Origin: Campylobacterota bacterium | GTDB taxonomy: Bacteria; Campylobacterota; Campylobacteria; Campylobacterales; Sulfurovaceae | Assembly (NCBI GenBank): GCA_034722955.1 | Contig: JAYEOM010000114.1 | Location: 1 to 32,168 of the forward strand | Direction of reading: 5' to 3' | Length of the DNA stretch: 32,168 nucleotides | In this document: one piece after another, positions 18,849 to 27,417 of the stretch | How the letters are laid out: each line of letters opens with the position of its first letter | Numbering within the stretch: the stretch's first letter is position 1 | Made by a program: the position numbers and the translations under genes | Notes under the pieces: generated by a model | Database searches by the model: none | Told to the model about the DNA's origin: nothing | The model's input: only the letters and a program-made list of their open reading frames with translations

Positions 18849-19856
18849 ATGATAAAAGTTGGTATTGTAGGAGCTAGTGGATATACTGGGCTTGAGCTGA
18901 TCAAAATGTTACTAAACCACCCTGGTTTTCAACTCTCCTATCTGGCTACAACGACAGGCGATAGAGTGATAGAGCAGCTGCACCCCTCTCTGGTAGATGT
19001 GATCACTTTCCCTGTGGAGAAGGCAGATGTAGCAAGCGTGGCAGAGAGTTGTGAATTGGTTTTTTTGGCACTGCCTCATCAAGCATCGATGAGTTTCGCT
19101 AGTAGACTTATGGAGTATGGGACAAAGATAGTTGACCTTTCGGCTGATTATCGTTTGGAACTTGATACTTATGAAAAACACTACTGTACTCATGAAGACA
19201 AGGAGCATCTGGATGATGCAGTTTATGGTTTAATAGAGTACTATCGTGAAGATATCAAAAAGGCATCTCTGGTAGCAGGTCCCGGATGTTATCCTACAGC
19301 GACACTACTGGGTATCTTGCCTTTTATACCATATATAGATACATCAGCACCTCTATTTGTAGATGCCAAATCTGGTGTGAGCGGTGCAGGAAAAAAGCTC
19401 TCAGAGACGACACACTTTGTGACAGTCAACGATAATATATTTGCCTACGGTGCTCTCAAACATCGTCATCAGCCTGAGATAGCAGAGAAGATAGAGAAGA
19501 TACATGGTGCCAAAATGAGTGTCAATTTTGTCCCACATCTCATCCCTGCTACCCGTGGTGAGCTAGTCTCAGTCTATGCGACACTCAAAGAGGATATAGA
19601 TCCCATAGAGATACTCAAAGATCACTATAGAGATGACCGTTTTATCCGTATTCGTGAAAAACCGGTCGATATCAAGAGTACAGCTGGGACGCATTTTTGT
19701 GATATCTATGCTGCTCAAAATGGAAATGCACTCTTTGTCAATGCAGCGATAGACAACCTCCTGCGAGGTGCAAGCTCCCAAGCCCTAGTAGCTGCCAATC
19801 TCATGTGCGGATATGATGAAGGTATGGGAATACCGGTCATATCATATGTACCATGA
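18849..19856 (+). CDS. argC: N-acetyl-gamma-glutamyl-phosphate reductase
   Basis: GASGYTG, DLSADYRL, PGCYPT, SGVSGAG, HRHQPEI, DNLLRGA; ATG 18849 fits the RBS better than TTG 18843. Confidence 0.96.
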   Translation: MIKVGIVGASGYTGLELIKMLLNHPGFQLSYLATTTGDRVIEQLHPSLVDVITFPVEKADVASVAESCELVFLALPHQASMSFASRLMEYGTKIVDLSADYRLELDTYEKHYCTHEDKEHLDDAVYGLIEYYREDIKKASLVAGPGCYPTATLLGILPFIPYIDTSAPLFVDAKSGVSGAGKKLSETTHFVTVNDNIFAYGALKHRHQPEIAEKIEKIHGAKMSVNFVPHLIPATRGELVSVYATLKEDIDPIEILKDHYRDDRFIRIREKPVDIKSTAGTHFCDIYAAQNGNALFVNAAIDNLLRGASSQALVAANLMCGYDEGMGIPVISYVP

Positions 19857-19882
19857 TCTTCTAAATATACAAAGCAGAGCAT

Positions 19883-20593
19883 GTGGAGGAGATAGATCTT
19901 AGGGAGATCAAAGAGGGTGCGATCTTTGTAGCGGATGCTCACTATCCTCACCATGGGGATGACTTTTTAACTCTTTTGAACAGACTCATATCCGGAGAGA
20001 TCGATACTCCGCAGCTCTTTTTGATGGGAGATATTTTTGATCTCCTATTTGGATACAATAGCTATATACAGACTTTTTCTGCTGATGCTATCGCACTGCT
20101 ACGGAGTCTCTCGCAACAGATAGAGATATACTACTTTGAAGGGAATCATGACTTCCTCATTAAAGACATATTTTCAAATATCAAAGTATACTCCAGAGAT
20201 GATCAACCTCAAATCTTTAGACTAGATCAAAAGAGAGTGGCACTCTCTCATGGAGATAAGTATGCACTAGGCATAGTGTATGACCTATACTGTAGACTTT
20301 TGAGAAACAGGTATCTATTGATACTGTTGAGACCTTTTGAAAAGCAGATTATTGATGATCGCATGGTCAAGCTATCCCAAAAGTCTATATGTCACCCCAT
20401 GGAGCATTTCGATGAGAGGGTTGAAGATATTTTGCAATCCTACAGAGATGTAGATCTCACGATAGAGGGACACTACCACCAAGCAAAGATCATAGGGGAG
20501 TATATATCTCTTCCATCACTCGCCTGCCAAAACCAAATAGCTGTGGCAAGAGGGGGTGAGATCGTATTTGAATCCCTCTTTACCCTTGATTAA
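19883..20593 (+). CDS. lpxH: UDP-2,3-diacylglucosamine diphosphatase-like metallophosphoesterase
   Basis: DAH, GDIFD, EGNHD, HGD, GHYH; start codon uncertain. Confidence 0.75.
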   Translation: MEEIDLREIKEGAIFVADAHYPHHGDDFLTLLNRLISGEIDTPQLFLMGDIFDLLFGYNSYIQTFSADAIALLRSLSQQIEIYYFEGNHDFLIKDIFSNIKVYSRDDQPQIFRLDQKRVALSHGDKYALGIVYDLYCRLLRNRYLLILLRPFEKQIIDDRMVKLSQKSICHPMEHFDERVEDILQSYRDVDLTIEGHYHQAKIIGEYISLPSLACQNQIAVARGGEIVFESLFTLD

Positions 20594-20644
20594 TTATATT
20601 TTCCTATAATTATCTAAACGATTAACCCTAGATAAGGAATATTT

Positions 20645-21766
20645 ATGATCCCATCAGACAGACTAGATAAGCCACACTGCTTTTCGCAATTTTTCGCAAT
20701 TTTCATCTTCCCACTGCTCTTTATGCTTGGGTTGATAGTAGGTTACTTAGGATTTATTCCTATCAATGTAGAGATTCATACACTCATTATAATCTTTCTG
20801 ATCTTTCTAATCTTTGCTTTCTTTGTCAAACACAATGCCAATTACGCTGTTTGTCAAATGAGAAGCTCTTTTGAGAGGATGGAGGAGGATCTGCATAGTG
20901 CTTTAGAGGAGAACTCACTTACTATTATGGGAGAGACCAAATCTACCCTAGCAATCCGTGGTTTTATCTCAGAGTACTATAAAGAGATACGCAATGATGA
21001 CTTTGCCAAAGTTGCACCTAGTGTCTTTCCTATGCTGGGTATACTAGGTACATTTGTCGCTATTGCCCTATCTATGCCTGATTTTACTGTCAAGGATCTC
21101 AATGCATTAGATAGAGAGATCACTATACTGCTCTCTGGTGTGGGTACGGCTTTTTATGCCTCTATCTATGGTATCTTTCTCTCTCTGCTGTGGACATATT
21201 TTGAAAAACGGGGGATATCCAAGGTTGATAGAAATATCCATGATCTAGAAAGGATATACGACAAACGCATTTGGAAAAAGAGTGAGTTGATCAAACATGA
21301 ACATATGCAGAGTGAACTCAAAGATCAGCAGATAGTAGAGACACTCAAAGAGACATTTAACCTTGACTTTATCAAAGAGATCAATGAGCAGTACCTTAGA
21401 AACTATAAGGTTATTATTGATGATACGACCAATAGTTTCACCTTGTTGAGTGATCAGATGAAGATGGCTTCTATGGAGCTGAGAAAAACACTTACACTCA
21501 TACAGAGTAGAGAAGAGAGTATCAATGCTATCGCACATATCAAGAAAAATATAGAGTCTTTCAATACAAATGCAGAAAACTTGCATAAAGCTCTAAATCA
21601 TTTCGATGGTACTGTTGATCATACTTTTGAAAAGATCGATAGTGAAGTAGGGGAGATCGTAGAGAAGCTCGGGGATTTTGCTTTTATGTTGAGTGAGCAG
21701 AACAGAGAGATACAGCGTAAACTTCAGTTAGAGCAACGCAATAGAGACAAAAGATCGGAACCGTAA
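20645..21766 (+). CDS. MotA/TolQ/ExbB proton-channel family protein with a long helical C-terminal tail
   Basis: PSVFPMLGILGTFVAI and GVGTAFYASIYGI channel helices, then about 185 aa of helical/coiled-coil sequence. Confidence 0.85.
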   Translation: MIPSDRLDKPHCFSQFFAIFIFPLLFMLGLIVGYLGFIPINVEIHTLIIIFLIFLIFAFFVKHNANYAVCQMRSSFERMEEDLHSALEENSLTIMGETKSTLAIRGFISEYYKEIRNDDFAKVAPSVFPMLGILGTFVAIALSMPDFTVKDLNALDREITILLSGVGTAFYASIYGIFLSLLWTYFEKRGISKVDRNIHDLERIYDKRIWKKSELIKHEHMQSELKDQQIVETLKETFNLDFIKEINEQYLRNYKVIIDDTTNSFTLLSDQMKMASMELRKTLTLIQSREESINAIAHIKKNIESFNTNAENLHKALNHFDGTVDHTFEKIDSEVGEIVEKLGDFAFMLSEQNREIQRKLQLEQRNRDKRSEP

Positions 21767-21768
21767 CG

Positions 21769-22902
21769 ATGTTCAGCAGAGATAGTGGTGAGGATAATAG
21801 TAGCTTTTGGATCTCTTATGCCGACCTCATGGCAGGTCTACTGTTTGTTTTTATCCTTTTGATCGGTGCGATAGTCTCCAAATCGCTCATCCTAAAGAGT
21901 AATCTACATGAAAAAGAGGATAGGCTTACCGTTATAGAGACTCAGCTAGAGAACAAAGAGCAGCTTCTTGAGCAGAACAATCTCCAGCTCACTTCTCAAC
22001 AGAAAGATTTGAAAAAAAGAAAAACAGAGATCAGTGTCAAAGATGAGAAGATCACCCAACAAAAGAGAGAGATCAGCTTCAAAGATGATGAGATCAAAAA
22101 GCTAAATATACTTCTACGCCAATCAAATACACAGAGAGATGAGCTCAACGGCAAGATAGTAATAGTACAAAACCTGCTAGATAAGACAAAGGTAGAGAAG
22201 AACAGAAGTAAAAAATCACTAGAGGATTATCAAAATAGAGTAGTGATCCTCTCTAGTCAGCTCACCGATGCCAACAAAACAGTGGTACTCAAAGATAGAG
22301 AGATGCTGCAGCTGATGAATGCACTAGATGAGAAAGAGACTGATTACAATAAAATAGTTGAAAGTCTCCAAAAGCAAAAAGCAAAAATAAAGAGTTTGAC
22401 AGGTATCAAGATCAAAGTGATCGCAGCTCTCAAGAGAGAGTTGGGCAGTCAAATCTCTATAGACCCCAAAAGTGGTTCTCTAAGATTCTCTTCCAATATC
22501 CTCTTTGACAAAGGTAGTGCAGAGCTCAAAGAACAGGCAAAAGGCAGTCTCAAAAAGGCATTTGAAGAGTATATCAGTACACTAGTCACCAATCCCACTA
22601 TCAAGCCCCATCTTGACAAGATTGTCATAGAGGGGCATACAGATAGTGATGGAGGGTACCTCTACAATCTCGATCTATCACAGCAGCGTGCTTTTGCTGT
22701 GATGAATTATCTATTGACATTGGATTTTGCACAAAAGCATAATATCAAACCGCTGATAGTAGCAAGCGGACGAGCCTATCTCGATGCAGTTCAAGTTGAT
22801 GGTGTCGAAGACAAAGATGCCTCTAGAAGAATCGAAATCAAATTTAGACTCAAAAATGAAGATGCGATGCTTGAGATAGAGAAGGTACTAGATGCAGAGT
22901 GA
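21769..22902 (+). CDS. MotB/OmpA family protein with a coiled-coil linker
   Basis: FWISYADLMAGLL TM motif with the conserved Asp; LFDKGSAEL, IEGHTD, NLDLSQQRA, RRIEI. Confidence 0.88.
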   Translation: MFSRDSGEDNSSFWISYADLMAGLLFVFILLIGAIVSKSLILKSNLHEKEDRLTVIETQLENKEQLLEQNNLQLTSQQKDLKKRKTEISVKDEKITQQKREISFKDDEIKKLNILLRQSNTQRDELNGKIVIVQNLLDKTKVEKNRSKKSLEDYQNRVVILSSQLTDANKTVVLKDREMLQLMNALDEKETDYNKIVESLQKQKAKIKSLTGIKIKVIAALKRELGSQISIDPKSGSLRFSSNILFDKGSAELKEQAKGSLKKAFEEYISTLVTNPTIKPHLDKIVIEGHTDSDGGYLYNLDLSQQRAFAVMNYLLTLDFAQKHNIKPLIVASGRAYLDAVQVDGVEDKDASRRIEIKFRLKNEDAMLEIEKVLDAE

Positions 22903-23050
22903 TTTTGTACCCAAAAAGCTAAAAAAAGCAAAATGGCTCTTGACAAAAAATCTAGATATATCAAAAGAGAGACAAGAGGAGATCTATCCTAAAATACCAA
23001 AAAAAAGATCTTGGTGGTATCGTTTGAAGCTTAGAATATTCGGATTATAG
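22892..23050 (+). CDS. Small basic hypothetical protein (52 aa)
   Basis: MQSDFVPKKLKKAKWLLTKNLDISKERQEEIYPKIPKKRSWWYRLKLRIFGL*; overlaps the MotB-like stop; GAAGG RBS at 22881-22885. Confidence 0.55.
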   Translation: MQSDFVPKKLKKAKWLLTKNLDISKERQEEIYPKIPKKRSWWYRLKLRIFGL

Positions 23051-23137
23051 CAATATACTAATATTTTTTAAAAAATTATTCACAATATATAGACTTTTTG
23101 GTTATACTATAGTACTATAAATAAAAAGGAGCTAGTT

Positions 23138-23566
23138 ATGATTGGAAAACACTTTAAAAAGATCGGTATTGTTGCTGCACTCTCCTCTACACTACTTTTT
23201 ACAGGATGTACACCAGAACAGCAGGCATTGGCAGCCGGTGTGGCAGTAGGAGCAAGTGCAGTAGCATTAGCATCTTATAACTATCCATATTATTACAATC
23301 AACCCTATTATTATTATGGTGGTAGATACTATTATGGTGGATATTATCGCAATGGGTACTACTACTATCGTGGACGACGCTACTATCGTGGTCACTACTA
23401 CAACAGAGGATATCGATACTACAATGGACGAAGGTATAGTGCAGTAAACGGTAGATATGGACACTACACCAGCCGAAGCAACTATCGTCGATCTAGTTCT
23501 TATAGAGGTTCAAGTGCTTATAGAGGTAGTTCAAGCCGATATAACCGTAGCTACAGAAGATATTAG
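23138..23566 (+). CDS. Tyr/Gly/Arg-rich low-complexity lipoprotein
   Basis: AAAGGAG RBS, signal peptide with lipobox LFTGC, Ala-rich helix, then a Y/G/R/N/S-rich tail. Confidence 0.8.
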   Translation: MIGKHFKKIGIVAALSSTLLFTGCTPEQQALAAGVAVGASAVALASYNYPYYYNQPYYYYGGRYYYGGYYRNGYYYYRGRRYYRGHYYNRGYRYYNGRRYSAVNGRYGHYTSRSNYRRSSSYRGSSAYRGSSSRYNRSYRRY

Positions 23567-23679
23567 AAAAGATCTCCGTAGAGAGGAGTGTGAGATTTGC
23601 TTCTCTCTGTTCTATCCAGATTTTCTTTTTTATAAAAATGGAATATTATATCTATTTAAGTTGATATTACATAATATGA

Positions 23680-24273
23680 TTATGGTATCCGAGGAGGGGT
23701 GATCTCTTCACCTAGCAGGGCATAGCTTTTCCCCACACGAGCAAGAACATCCATATCAATAGTCATCCGTTCTCTATCACTAATACAGCCATCATCAATA
23801 AACTGATGTTTTATCTCTACAATGAGCGGAATCGTTTTGCTCTGAGCTAGATCAACTTCACTATAGAGGTCACAGACGAAAGCAACAGATGCACCAGTGA
23901 TCATCGGAGGATATCCATCGATGATACTCCGGAGTGGTATATCAAATGTTTTGGCTTCACTGATATCTGACTGCATCTCCTTGGAGCTGAAATGCATCAT
24001 CTCAAGATCCTCAGGTTTGACCATACATACTGTACATTTTCCATTTTTTCTTAGATTGTAGAGAGTATCTTTGGGTGTACCATCACTTTTGTGACCTACA
24101 GAAAATATCATTGTAGGAGGATTGGAGGAGAGACCTGTAAAGTAGCTAAATGGTGCCACATTGATAACTTCGTCATTTTCTGTTACTACCCAGGCTATTG
24201 GGCGAGGGATGATCGTCTGTGCCATGAGTTTATAGTTTTCGACTGCATTGGTATCTGTATAGTCTATGAGCAT
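23680..24273 (-). CDS. Flavin reductase-like FMN-binding protein
   Basis: IIPRPIAWV, NVAPFSYF, KDTLYNL. Confidence 0.88.
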   Translation of the reverse strand: MLIDYTDTNAVENYKLMAQTIIPRPIAWVVTENDEVINVAPFSYFTGLSSNPPTMIFSVGHKSDGTPKDTLYNLRKNGKCTVCMVKPEDLEMMHFSSKEMQSDISEAKTFDIPLRSIIDGYPPMITGASVAFVCDLYSEVDLAQSKTIPLIVEIKHQFIDDGCISDRERMTIDMDVLARVGKSYALLGEEITPPRIP

Positions 24274-24720
24274 AAAATCTCCTTTGAGGTTAGATTTGGG
24301 GTATTTAATATATTACCGCAAAAAATTAGGTGCGGTAATAGTTCGAAAGTTGTATTATACCCAATTAGAGCCGGATAAGGCTACCCCAATGAAATAAACA
24401 CCCAAATAGAAGCCACAGAGAGGGTAAGATTTGCAAAATATAATTTGTAGGACTAGCCAAAGCTAATTCATGAATTATATTTTGTTTGGTTAACATAATA
24501 TAAATTCTATCAAAAAAGTATGTCAGTGATTCTAGCCTGCCCTTAGACTACATATGGGGATAAATTTTTTATGAAAGTAAAATCGGCAGACAGATACTGG
24601 ATCTACAGAGATAATAAACCTAGTAATAGTATATTAAATAATATTATAAATATATTCTGAAATATTTAAAGTGTTAAATCGACACAAAGCACGCTGTAGA
24701 GGGCAAAACTATTGCTACTA

Positions 24721-24868
24721 TGAACAGATGTTCATTTTTAGGAAGGTTACAAACCAACTATATGAACGCTTGTTCACCAGAAAAGATGATCAAAATTTTG
24801 TAAGTGAACAAGCGTTCATATTGAACCGATCCCCTACTATTGACAAATGAACGATTGTTCACTATAAT
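24721..24868 (+). promoter_or_regulatory. Four TGAAC-N4-GTTCA operators plus a consensus sigma70 promoter for the TetR gene
   Basis: Palindromes start at 24721, 24763, 24805 and 24848; TTGACA (24840-24845), 17 bp, TATAAT (24863-24868) enclose the fourth. Confidence 0.85.
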
Positions 24869-24887
24869 GCTATGCAAAGGAGTCAAT

Positions 24888-25544
24888 ATGAACGATAGCA
24901 CCGCTGTTTCCAAGCACTCAAAAGGAAGCAAAACAAAAGAGAAAATACTCAAGATATCACTCAGGCTCTTCTCTACTAAAGGATATAAGCCTACAACGGT
25001 CAGAGATATAGCATCTGCGGTAGGAATCAAGCAGAGTGCCTTATACAATCACTTTAAAAACAAAGATGAGATACTCACTACGCTCATAGACAATCTAACC
25101 TCCTCGGCAATAGCTAGACTATTTGCCGATAAAGACCCCCAGGAGCTCTATAAACAGGGAAAAAACCTTTTGCAGTCTATTGCTACTACTTTCAAGCTTA
25201 TTAGCTTTGACAAGCAAAATGAGGCACTTATAGGATTGATGATGCAGGAGATATATAAAAATCCTGTCATTAGGGATACTTACAATGAGTATTTTTATCA
25301 GGAAAATGTCAAAAAGCTCTCCACTATCTTCTTCATGATGATGCAAGATGAGATGATCAAGTCAGGAGACCCCCTACTCCTCGCAAATGAGTTTCTATCT
25401 CCTCTGTTTTTCTATCAAATGCAGGTTTCTCTGCTAAAATTAGATAAGAGATCAACCTCTTCTGTTGTCACGATGTTTGATAAACATGTTGATTTTTTCT
25501 GGAATTCAAACAAGATAGAGAGACAGAGAGATAGCCTATTTTAG
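24888..25544 (+). CDS. TetR/AcrR family transcriptional regulator
   Basis: TKEKIL...LFSTKGY..TTVRDIASAVGIKQSALYNHFKNKDEIL HTH; start reassigned to ATG 24888 (AAAGGAG RBS); the track's TTG 24840 is the -35 box. Confidence 0.92.
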   Translation: MNDSTAVSKHSKGSKTKEKILKISLRLFSTKGYKPTTVRDIASAVGIKQSALYNHFKNKDEILTTLIDNLTSSAIARLFADKDPQELYKQGKNLLQSIATTFKLISFDKQNEALIGLMMQEIYKNPVIRDTYNEYFYQENVKKLSTIFFMMMQDEMIKSGDPLLLANEFLSPLFFYQMQVSLLKLDKRSTSSVVTMFDKHVDFFWNSNKIERQRDSLF

Positions 25545-25579
25545 ATAGATACTAAATAATATCAATAAAAGGGGTAGTT

Positions 25580-25711
25580 ATGGATTTGAGAGAGATATTA
25601 AAAAATATAGCTATTGAGACCGGTTTTAGAGATATCAAGTTTGATACTGTTAGCACTATCAATAAACCACATAGAGACTTTACTCTCTTAATAATGAGAG
25701 CAGTGAGATAA
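25580..25711 (+). pseudogene. 43-codon ORF, probable C-terminal remnant of a class I SAM methyltransferase
   Basis: MDLREILKNIAIETGFRDIKFDTVSTINKPHRDFTLLIMRAVR*; the 'L..IA...GF..IKF...M.A.R' pattern recalls the last helix and strands of methyltransferases; AAGGGG upstream. Confidence 0.45.
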
Positions 25712-25795
25712 CATATTAATTAATATTATTATTTGGTTTTTACACTATCTCATCTGCTCTTGTTGAGCAGTGAGCATGATGGAGAGTTGATGAGG

Positions 25796-26356
25796 TTAGT
25801 GTTTTTTCATCTCAGCTACGACGACACCTCTCAAATCGCCCTCTTCAAAGTCGATAGCTTTATCATCAGGATACCCCTCTTTGATCAAGTTACTAATCTC
25901 AGGTGAAACTGTTGTGCCATGACACTTTAGGCAAACCTTTTGGACAAATAGTGGTTTATAGACTCTAACAGTATCACCCTCCTCTACTACTTTGATGGCA
26001 GATTGAGGATTATACTTTTTTGCTTTGATAGCTTCTATATAACCACTCATTACTTTATCATCTGTAGCATCTGGTTTATTCTCTTGATTTCTCACTTTGA
26101 GTGCTGTTCGTTTGACACTAGCATACTCAGGAAGTTTACTATTTACCTCTTTGGTGATCTTGACAGCATTATCTTTGCAGAATTTTGCTGCTGCAACACC
26201 TGTAGGATCCTCTTTCATCTTGGCTTGAAGTTCAGACTTGAGTGTACTACCCAACATTTTGATATAGCTGATACCTTCCGCTTTGGGTGTCATAGTATCT
26301 GCTATGGCAACTGTACCTAGGAGTGCTGTGGCAGTCATCAGTGTTTTAAGTTTCAT
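25796..26356 (-). CDS. Periplasmic c-type cytochrome, DUF3365/Tll0287-like
   Basis: Signal peptide, RTALKVRN.ENKPD, CLKCHG, YPDDKA..FEEGDLRG. Confidence 0.88.
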   Translation of the reverse strand: MKLKTLMTATALLGTVAIADTMTPKAEGISYIKMLGSTLKSELQAKMKEDPTGVAAAKFCKDNAVKITKEVNSKLPEYASVKRTALKVRNQENKPDATDDKVMSGYIEAIKAKKYNPQSAIKVVEEGDTVRVYKPLFVQKVCLKCHGTTVSPEISNLIKEGYPDDKAIDFEEGDLRGVVVAEMKKH

Positions 26357-26459
26357 ATATTTATATCCTTATGTTTATAATAATAATGAATTATGCTATA
26401 TAGTTCCTTAAGAGCTACTATATGTTATACTTTAGGATCATACATTTTGGAGAACTTAT

Positions 26460-27386
26460 ATGTACTTCTATGAATACCTAAAAACATGCCGAGATCGTTT
26501 TGGTTTAACACAAGAGGATTTGGTTTCTGATCTTTATCATTTTGATGAGTCACTTTTTAAGTCATTGGATAGTGTAACACTCAGTCGTTGGGAGTTGGGC
26601 AAAAGCCATCCCAATGCATCCAAACAGGTGCAAATCATAAGGTACTTTCAAACTAGAGATGATCTGATCTTGCCATGCTTTGATGGGGCTGGATCTGAGT
26701 TGATAGAAAAAAATATTTGCCGAAACAGTATATACAATCTATTTGGCAAGCAAACCTCTTTTATACTTAATTTTCCTGACTCTATCTCTGTGGATGAGCT
26801 GACAGTTCATCAGATCCTAGAGACAAATATGATAAATGAGATGATCAATATCACACTAGATCTCAATAGAGAGTTTACACATAACCACTCGCTTATCACG
26901 GCCGAACAACTCAAAGAGTGGATGCACTATCCTCACAATATGTTTCTGACCTGTGAATATAACAAGCAGTTTTTTGGTCTTCTCTATGCATTGAGAGTTA
27001 AACCTGATATTTTTGAAAAGTTGATGAGCTTCGATATACATGTCAGTGATCTTGTGAGAGATGATTTTGCAGATATGGATGAGATGGGTTGTAGTCTTAT
27101 TATCTCATTTTTTGCTATGAATACCAAAGCAGCCACCCTACTCTCTATCCGATATTTTACTTGTCTGATCGTTTCACAAAAAAAGATCGAGAGTGTGGGT
27201 GCTCTCACGATGCAAAAGGATGCTATCAGATTGATGGAGACGATAAACCTCAGTCACTATAAAAGTAAAGATTATGAATCTCAGATTACAAAACAGTCAT
27301 TTCGTGCACCACTATCAGATGTATTGGTCAATGAAAATATTGTTCGTATGTTGCTTGCCAAAGATACTTGCCCCAAGGATGATTAG
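26460..27386 (+). CDS. XRE-family HTH regulator with an uncharacterised C-terminal domain
   Basis: YLKTCRDRFGLTQEDL...TLSRWELGKSHP. Confidence 0.78.
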   Translation: MYFYEYLKTCRDRFGLTQEDLVSDLYHFDESLFKSLDSVTLSRWELGKSHPNASKQVQIIRYFQTRDDLILPCFDGAGSELIEKNICRNSIYNLFGKQTSFILNFPDSISVDELTVHQILETNMINEMINITLDLNREFTHNHSLITAEQLKEWMHYPHNMFLTCEYNKQFFGLLYALRVKPDIFEKLMSFDIHVSDLVRDDFADMDEMGCSLIISFFAMNTKAATLLSIRYFTCLIVSQKKIESVGALTMQKDAIRLMETINLSHYKSKDYESQITKQSFRAPLSDVLVNENIVRMLLAKDTCPKDD

Positions 27387-27417
27387 ATCTGTTATTTGGA
27401 ACTTAGTTGGAGGCTAT

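Noticed and set aside
20645..22902. Complete Zorya defence system
   Set aside because: No ZorC/ZorD helicase or ZorE nuclease nearby and the context is housekeeping.
10441..24389. Identical 15-mer ATAAGGCTACCCCAA at 10441-10455 and 24375-24389, the latter within an enterobacterial REP-like GCCGGATAAGGC
   Set aside because: A single 15-nt match is within chance expectation for 32 kb, does not extend and has no partner palindrome.
24366..24497. 43-codon minus-strand ORF (MLTKQNIIHEL...)
   Set aside because: No RBS or recognisable motif; cannot be supported.
24720..24862. Mini-CRISPR interpretation of the regularly spaced palindromes
   Set aside because: Repeats are only 14 bp with variable centres, copies 2 and 3 are inverted, one sits inside a promoter, and there are no cas genes; operators fit better.
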